From the NCBI RefSeq assembly GCF_000619845.1, contig NZ_JHUX01000003.1, positions 340,064 to 372,063 on the forward strand: a DNA stretch of 32,000 bases, in the 5' to 3' direction. Positions within the stretch are counted from its first letter, which is position 1, and every line of letters begins with the position of its first letter. Shown piece by piece: positions 27,617 through 32,000 of this stretch. The notes under the pieces were generated by a model, which saw only the letters and a list, made by a program, of their open reading frames with translations, ran no database searches and was not told the origin of the DNA. The DNA is from Alkanindiges illinoisensis DSM 15370. Its GTDB lineage: Bacteria; Pseudomonadota; Gammaproteobacteria; Pseudomonadales; Moraxellaceae. Made by a program: the position numbers and the translations under genes.

Positions 27617-27985
27617 CCTGAGCGGCTCGCGCTATTGAACAAAGGAAGGCAGGCGATCTAGATAAAAGTAATCGTGATGAGTCATTGGTTTAAGGTTAAT
27701 TTGTAGCAAGGCTGGGGCAAAAAGCTTTATCTATCGTTTGGGACATTTCCTGTCATGTTTCTTGCAGAAGCACGTGTAGAGTTAATGCGTTTAAATCTCT
27801 TACGTGCAAATGGTGTTTGCCCGGCTACCCAGTTAAAGCAGGAAAAAGAGCTGGACAAAAAAAGAAAAGAGCTATCAACCCAAGCAAAGGATGAGCTTAC
27901 TACAAAAGATGTGGTTGATTTATATTTGACCAATGTCATTGAAGACCGCATTGTTATTGACTCACGTAGGTTGGCAATGCTGTAA
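27617..27985 (+). pseudogene. Remnant of a P4-type tyrosine integrase (N-terminal region only, with in-frame stops)
   Basis: One frame reads ...SHWFKVNL*QGWGKKLYLSFGTFPVMFLAEARVELMRLNLLRANGVCPATQLKQEKE...LTTKDVVDLYL. This matches the KxWxFRY...GKxxxxxLGxYPxxSLxEAR...G-DP pattern of P4-like integrase N-termini. There are stops at 27659 and 27704, and no catalytic domain follows. Confidence 0.7.
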
Positions 27986-28202
27986 GACCAGAACAAATAT
28001 TAGATATAGAGAGTTTGCGCTTAATTGGGGCAGCATGGGGAAAGGCGAAAACTTACAAGGCATTTTCATTATCTTTGACAGAGATAGAATCCTTACCTAA
28101 TCCAGCTATAAATAAGAATAAGCAATTGATTAGATTAAATTATTTCTTAAATTAAAAATTTATAAAGATTCTGGCATTTGTTTTGCTTAAGACAATAAGC
28201 CA

Positions 28203-28217
28203 ACTGGTCTGACCTGT
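28203..28217. promoter_or_regulatory. Candidate GntR/FadR-type operator, site 1 (ACTGGTCTGACCTGT)
   Basis: Matches 14 of 15 positions of the perfect palindrome at 31412-31426. Lies ~235 bp upstream of the permease ATG. Confidence 0.5.
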
Positions 28218-28451
28218 CAGATTGAATGAAAGGATAATTTTTTTATCACTAGCCCATGAGATACAGCCCTATTTTCAGACCACCAGCTGGTTCTGTTTAT
28301 ATCCATGGGCTTACACGGCTTTTAAGTTGATGGAACTTTGACAGCATTACCATGAGCCTTTGTGAATCAGTTCATTTCCCATTCAACCTATCGCGGCAGT
28401 GATGCAGTTGTTAAAGCATTGCAGTAAAAAATCAGTTTTGGGATAAATATC

Positions 28452-29840
28452 ATGAGCAATATTGATACAAGTGAGCAAGCCAAGATTAAGGCTACAGCGC
28501 CAGAACATGAAAATCTGGGTACAGCCAAAAATGTGGCTTATGGTTTACAGCATGTACTGACCATGTATGGTGGTATCATTGCACCACCGCTCATTGTGGG
28601 TAGTGCAGCAGGCCTTGCCGGGCCACAACTGGGTATGCTGATTGCAGCAGCACTATTTGTGGGCGGTTTGGCTACCCTGTTACAAACGCTGGGCGTTAAA
28701 TATTTTGGGGCACGTTTACCACTGGTGCAGGGAGTATCCTTTGCCGGAGTTGCAACCATGGTGGCAATTGTCACCACGGGAGGCGGCTTGCCCGCAGTAT
28801 ATGGGGCAGTGATTGTGGCCTCATTGGCTGGTCTGTTGCTGGCCCCTTTTTTCTCCCAGATTATCCGGTTTTTTCCGCCTGTGGTCACCGGTAGTGTTAT
28901 TACCATGATTGGCCTGTCCCTGACACCCGTTGCAATACGCTGGGTGATGGGTGGCAATCCCAAAGCGGAAAGCTGGGGATCTACTGCCAATGTTGGTCTG
29001 GCAGTGATTACGCTGGTCATTGTCATGCTGTTTAGCATGTCCAAAAGTCCTGCCGTGCGCCGTCTGGCCATTCTGTTGTCTATTGTTTGTGGCACCGTGG
29101 TGGCATCGTTGCTGGGCTATACGGATTTTTCCAAGGTAGCACAGGGCAGCTGGGTGGCTGTGCCGCATGTGTTTGCCTTTGGCATGCCGGCCTTTGATGT
29201 GGCTGCCATTATTTCCATGCTGATTGTAACGCTGGTGATTATGACGGAAACCACCGCCGACATTATCGCAGTGGGTGAAATTGTGGGCACCAGCGTTGAC
29301 TCCAGACGTATTGGTAATGGCTTAAGAGCAGACATGTTATCCAGTGCGGTTGCACCCGTTTTTGGTTCTTTCATGCAAAGTGCGTTTGCCCAGAACGTGG
29401 GACTGGTGGCCATTACCGGGATCAAAAGCCGTTTTGTGGTGGCAACTGGCGGAGTTATTCTGGTTATTCTGGGGCTGCTGCCAGTGATGGGGCGTCTGGT
29501 GGCTTCCATTCCCATGCCGGTTTTGGGCGGTGCAGGACTGGTACTGTTTGGCACAGTGGCTGCCAGTGGTATCCGCACGCTGGGCAAGGTCGACTACAAT
29601 ATTCAAAGCAACCTGATTATCGTCGCAACTTCTATTGCAGTTGGCCTGATTCCCATTGTCAATGACGAGTTTTATGCGCAGTTTCCAACCTGGGTAAAAA
29701 CCCTGTTTCATTCCGGCATTAGTTCAACCTGTATTATGGCCATTTTATTAAACCTGCTGTTTAACCATGTAAAATTGCGCGGCTTTGGCAAGCAGGCAGC
29801 ACCAGGCATGGTAGATTTAAACAAGCTGCAGGGTTCATGA
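28452..29840 (+). CDS. NCS2-family nucleobase:cation symporter (xanthine/uric acid permease type)
   Basis: YGLQHVLTMYGGIIAPPLIVG near the N-terminus and the NCS2 signature FAQNVGLVAITGIKSR. About 12-14 TM segments. Confidence 0.9.
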   Translation: MSNIDTSEQAKIKATAPEHENLGTAKNVAYGLQHVLTMYGGIIAPPLIVGSAAGLAGPQLGMLIAAALFVGGLATLLQTLGVKYFGARLPLVQGVSFAGVATMVAIVTTGGGLPAVYGAVIVASLAGLLLAPFFSQIIRFFPPVVTGSVITMIGLSLTPVAIRWVMGGNPKAESWGSTANVGLAVITLVIVMLFSMSKSPAVRRLAILLSIVCGTVVASLLGYTDFSKVAQGSWVAVPHVFAFGMPAFDVAAIISMLIVTLVIMTETTADIIAVGEIVGTSVDSRRIGNGLRADMLSSAVAPVFGSFMQSAFAQNVGLVAITGIKSRFVVATGGVILVILGLLPVMGRLVASIPMPVLGGAGLVLFGTVAASGIRTLGKVDYNIQSNLIIVATSIAVGLIPIVNDEFYAQFPTWVKTLFHSGISSTCIMAILLNLLFNHVKLRGFGKQAAPGMVDLNKLQGS

Positions 29841-29924
29841 AAACGCAATCAGGACAGTATATTACCCGGCTACTGCTTAACAGTATTTAAGATGAGGGTG
29901 CCGGTAATATTGCTTCAATAGCGC

Positions 29925-29965
29925 AACGGCCTATGGGAACAACCCCTTGGGCCGTTTTTTATTTT
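29925..29965 (+). terminator. Rho-independent terminator of the permease gene
   Basis: AACGGCCTA-T-GGG, loop AACAAC, CCC-T-TGGGCCGTT, followed by TTTTTATTTT. Confidence 0.85.
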
Positions 29966-29987
29966 AAGCTGTTTATTCGGGCATAAG

Positions 29988-30013
29988 AAAAGGAAGCCTG
30001 CGCTTCCTTTTTT
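29988..30013. terminator. Bidirectional hairpin terminator (probably serves the hpxO-like gene)
   Basis: Perfect AAGGAAGC / GCTTCCTT stem (29990-29997 and 30002-30009), loop CTGC, A-rich before and T-run after. Confidence 0.8.
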
Positions 30014-30071
30014 AACGGACTACTTTTACCGGGCTGGTTTTACCGGGTTACTTTTACTAAGTTACATCAGC

Positions 30072-31229
30072 TTAATCCAGAGGATTCCCCACAATATTGC
30101 TGATAATGCCCTGCATAATGTGTGAACCCTGCTCCTGATATAAATCTGCATACCATTGCCGGGTGGCCGTTTCATCTTTCATATGGGTAATGTCACAGCG
30201 CTTGCGGGCACGGAGTACCATTTCCCGGGTACGTTCATTGCGTTTGTTCTGGTAGCGTTCCAGTGCATCTTCCAGGCCAAAGGTATTGATCTGGAGGGCG
30301 CGTGCCAGATAAATAGCATCTTCCATGGCCTGACAGCCACCCTGACCGATATCAGGCGTGGTACTGTGCGCTGCATCACCCAGAATCACGACACGACCCT
30401 TATAAAATTGCATAAACGGTTCGATGTCATGAATTTCAACCCGGTTGGTGGTTTGCGGATTCAGGCAGTCAATCAGGGCTTGTACCGGTGCGCACCAGCC
30501 AGCAAAATGCGTTTTTAAATCCTGCTGGTACTGTGCTTTCTGGTTATCTAGGCCGGCCGGCAGGGGTACATCAAAAAAGAAGTAAAACTGGTTGTTGGCC
30601 ACTGGCATCATGGACACCCGTTTTCCCTCTCCAACAAATGTAGTCCACTGGTTGGCAGGCGCCAGATCATCACTGATCTCAACCAGTCCATTCCAGTTCA
30701 CATAACCGGCGTAGCGCCGCGCGACCTGTTCGCCCAGCACATGGGTGCGGGTGAGCGAGTGCGTACCATCGGCACCAATCAGCAGGTCTGCGCTGACGAT
30801 GCTGCCGTCGCTAAACTGCGCACGGACACAACTGCCGTGGTCTTCAATTTTTTCCATACGCATGCCAAGCCGGATATTCTGGTGCCCGAATTCCTCCATC
30901 AGCATGGCTTGCAGCGCAGCGCGTGATACCGGATAGGCGCGTTGCCCCACCTCCTGATATAAAGGCATCAGGCTAAACTGGGTCATGGTAGTATTGGAAA
31001 GGCCATCGATATAAGCCAGATCGTCCATCCGGCCGCCAAGCTGGGCGATTTGTTCTGTCAGGCCCAGATAGTTTAGGCACTTGACTCCATTGGACCACAG
31101 TGAGATGGCAGCGCCCACAGGAAGAATTTCAGCAGCCTGTTCATAAATGGTGACCTGATGGCCGAACTTTTGAAGTGCTATACCAGCGGTCAGACCGCCC
31201 ATACCAGCACCAATAATCATAATATTCAT
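30072..31229 (-). CDS. hpxO: FAD-dependent aromatic-ring monooxygenase, most likely urate hydroxylase HpxO
   Basis: GAGMGGL FAD fingerprint and [22 protein letters not shown]. Long stretches ([59 protein letters not shown]) match what I recall of Klebsiella HpxO, and the length is the same (~385 aa). The general family call is near certain; the specific urate assignment is less so. Confidence 0.65.
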   Translation of the reverse strand: MNIMIIGAGMGGLTAGIALQKFGHQVTIYEQAAEILPVGAAISLWSNGVKCLNYLGLTEQIAQLGGRMDDLAYIDGLSNTTMTQFSLMPLYQEVGQRAYPVSRAALQAMLMEEFGHQNIRLGMRMEKIEDHGSCVRAQFSDGSIVSADLLIGADGTHSLTRTHVLGEQVARRYAGYVNWNGLVEISDDLAPANQWTTFVGEGKRVSMMPVANNQFYFFFDVPLPAGLDNQKAQYQQDLKTHFAGWCAPVQALIDCLNPQTTNRVEIHDIEPFMQFYKGRVVILGDAAHSTTPDIGQGGCQAMEDAIYLARALQINTFGLEDALERYQNKRNERTREMVLRARKRCDITHMKDETATRQWYADLYQEQGSHIMQGIISNIVGNPLD

Positions 31230-31410
31230 TGCAAAACCTTATCTGTAAACCGCAAGTCATAAATCTCCCTTAAAAAGCGAGAACTATGCCAAGCTACGGA
31301 AAGGACTGCTATAAAAAATTTTTATTGTTATAAATAAGTTACTTAACTAAAAATTTAGATTATAGCAAAACATGAAAAACCCGTTTTGCAAAAGCCGATA
31401 AGATTGTTAT

Positions 31411-31427
31411 TACTGGTCTGACCAGTA
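31411..31427. promoter_or_regulatory. Candidate GntR/FadR-type operator, site 2 (perfect 8-1-8 palindrome TACTGGTCTGACCAGTA)
   Basis: Perfect inverted repeat with a single central base, in the intergenic region between the hpxO-like gene and the GntR gene. The architecture fits the t.GT-N-AC.a rule for FadR-subfamily operators. Confidence 0.55.
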
Positions 31428-31576
31428 TCTGGCCCACCATTAGTTGCAGCAAGCCTTAAAAGTACAGGCGAGACCACCAATGGAATAAATATGGGGCAAC
31501 TCTGCACGAGAATATGGCATAAGCGGCACCTAATGGTGCACTTGTTATTTTATGGCTTTTTGCAAAAAAATTGGAC

Positions 31577-32000
31577 TTAGGACTGATGGCTTAAAAAGTA
31601 AACACCGGCACGCTGGGCTGCGCAAATTACATGTTTTTTCATGGCCTGTTCAGCGGCCAGGCTATCCCTGGCGCATAGTGCGTCAAGAATATGCTGGTGC
31701 TCCAGAATGGTTTGATGGGCCAGACTGGGCTGGATAAAGGGTAGTACCTGACTTTGCTTTAACGCTTCTGTCTGGTTTTTTAAAATCTGGACCACTGAAG
31801 GATTATGGCTTAATTCAAGAATGCGCTGATGAAACTGATGATCATGCAGGGCGGCTTCCTGCCAGTTCTGCTGTTCAATGGCGGTTTTAAGCTGCTCAAA
31901 ATGACTTTTAAACAACTGCTGATCTTTTTCATTAAGATAATGACACGCCAGCATGGCGCAAAAGCTTTCCAGCACATAGCGTAACTGGTAAAAATCTTTT
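31577..32000 (-). CDS. GntR-family regulator, FadR-type C-terminal (FCD) domain; N-terminus outside the window
   Basis: The frame stays open to the window edge (KDFYQLRYVLESFCAMLACHYL...HDHQFHQRILELSHNP...HQHILDAL). This all-helical, His-rich pattern is typical of FCD ligand-binding domains. Confidence 0.8.
   Translation of the reverse strand, partial: KDFYQLRYVLESFCAMLACHYLNEKDQQLFKSHFEQLKTAIEQQNWQEAALHDHQFHQRILELSHNPSVVQILKNQTEALKQSQVLPFIQPSLAHQTILEHQHILDALCARDSLAAEQAMKKHVICAAQRAGVYFLSHQS

Noticed and set aside
27311-27620. Possible tRNA/tmRNA attachment site next to the integrase remnant
   Set aside because: I looked for T-loop (GGTTCGAATCC-like) and acceptor-stem/CCA features on both strands and found none. 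A tRNAscan-SE run would settle it.
28218-28451. Purine (guanine/adenine) riboswitch upstream of the nucleobase permease
   Set aside because: The conserved three-way-junction core and loop-loop motifs of purine riboswitches are not recognisable. A protein operator is a better explanation.
28538-29711. Several 115-185-aa minus-strand ORFs inside the permease gene
   Set aside because: They are antisense artefacts of a GC-skewed membrane-protein gene. The P/R/T-rich products have no recognisable motifs, whereas the plus-strand NCS2 signature is clear.
1-32000. Defence islands, toxin-antitoxin pairs, secretion-system or prophage modules
   Set aside because: No ORF shows nuclease, ATPase, reverse-transcriptase, TIR, Sir2 or toxin-type motifs or typical small paired-gene architecture. 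The only mobile-element traces are the IS and the integrase fragment.

Overview
The window looks like a chromosomal segment from an Acinetobacter-type gammaproteobacterium. This is judged from the protein sequences and gene order; no database search was possible. GC is moderate, with a few AT-rich islets.

Most of the window is intact housekeeping genes: ubiA (3' part), glyA, clpB, rlmL, pyrB plus a degenerate dihydroorotase-like pyrC', trmB, yigZ, fdxA and mutS. The right end carries a urate/xanthine-type module: an NCS2 permease, an HpxO-like FAD monooxygenase and a GntR/FCD regulator that runs off the window.

Accessory or unusual content:
- One complete ~0.8 kb IS5-family element with a two-ORF, -1 frameshift transposase, inserted between fdxA and its terminator.
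- A decayed P4-type integrase fragment next to mutS.
- Two AT-rich orphan genes (14799-15809 and 18896-19351).
- An N/Q-rich disordered protein gene preceded by ~10-bp phased direct repeats.
- A three-gene operon (7981-11576) centred on a bacterial GH3-type adenylating enzyme flanked by GNAT-like proteins. This is my best candidate for an uncharacterised system.

I also see a near-identical palindromic operator (ACTGGTCTGACCAGT) upstream of both the permease and the HpxO-like gene. I found no rRNA, tRNA, CRISPR array, or recognisable defence or toxin-antitoxin module. All functional calls rest on motif recognition in the supplied translations.
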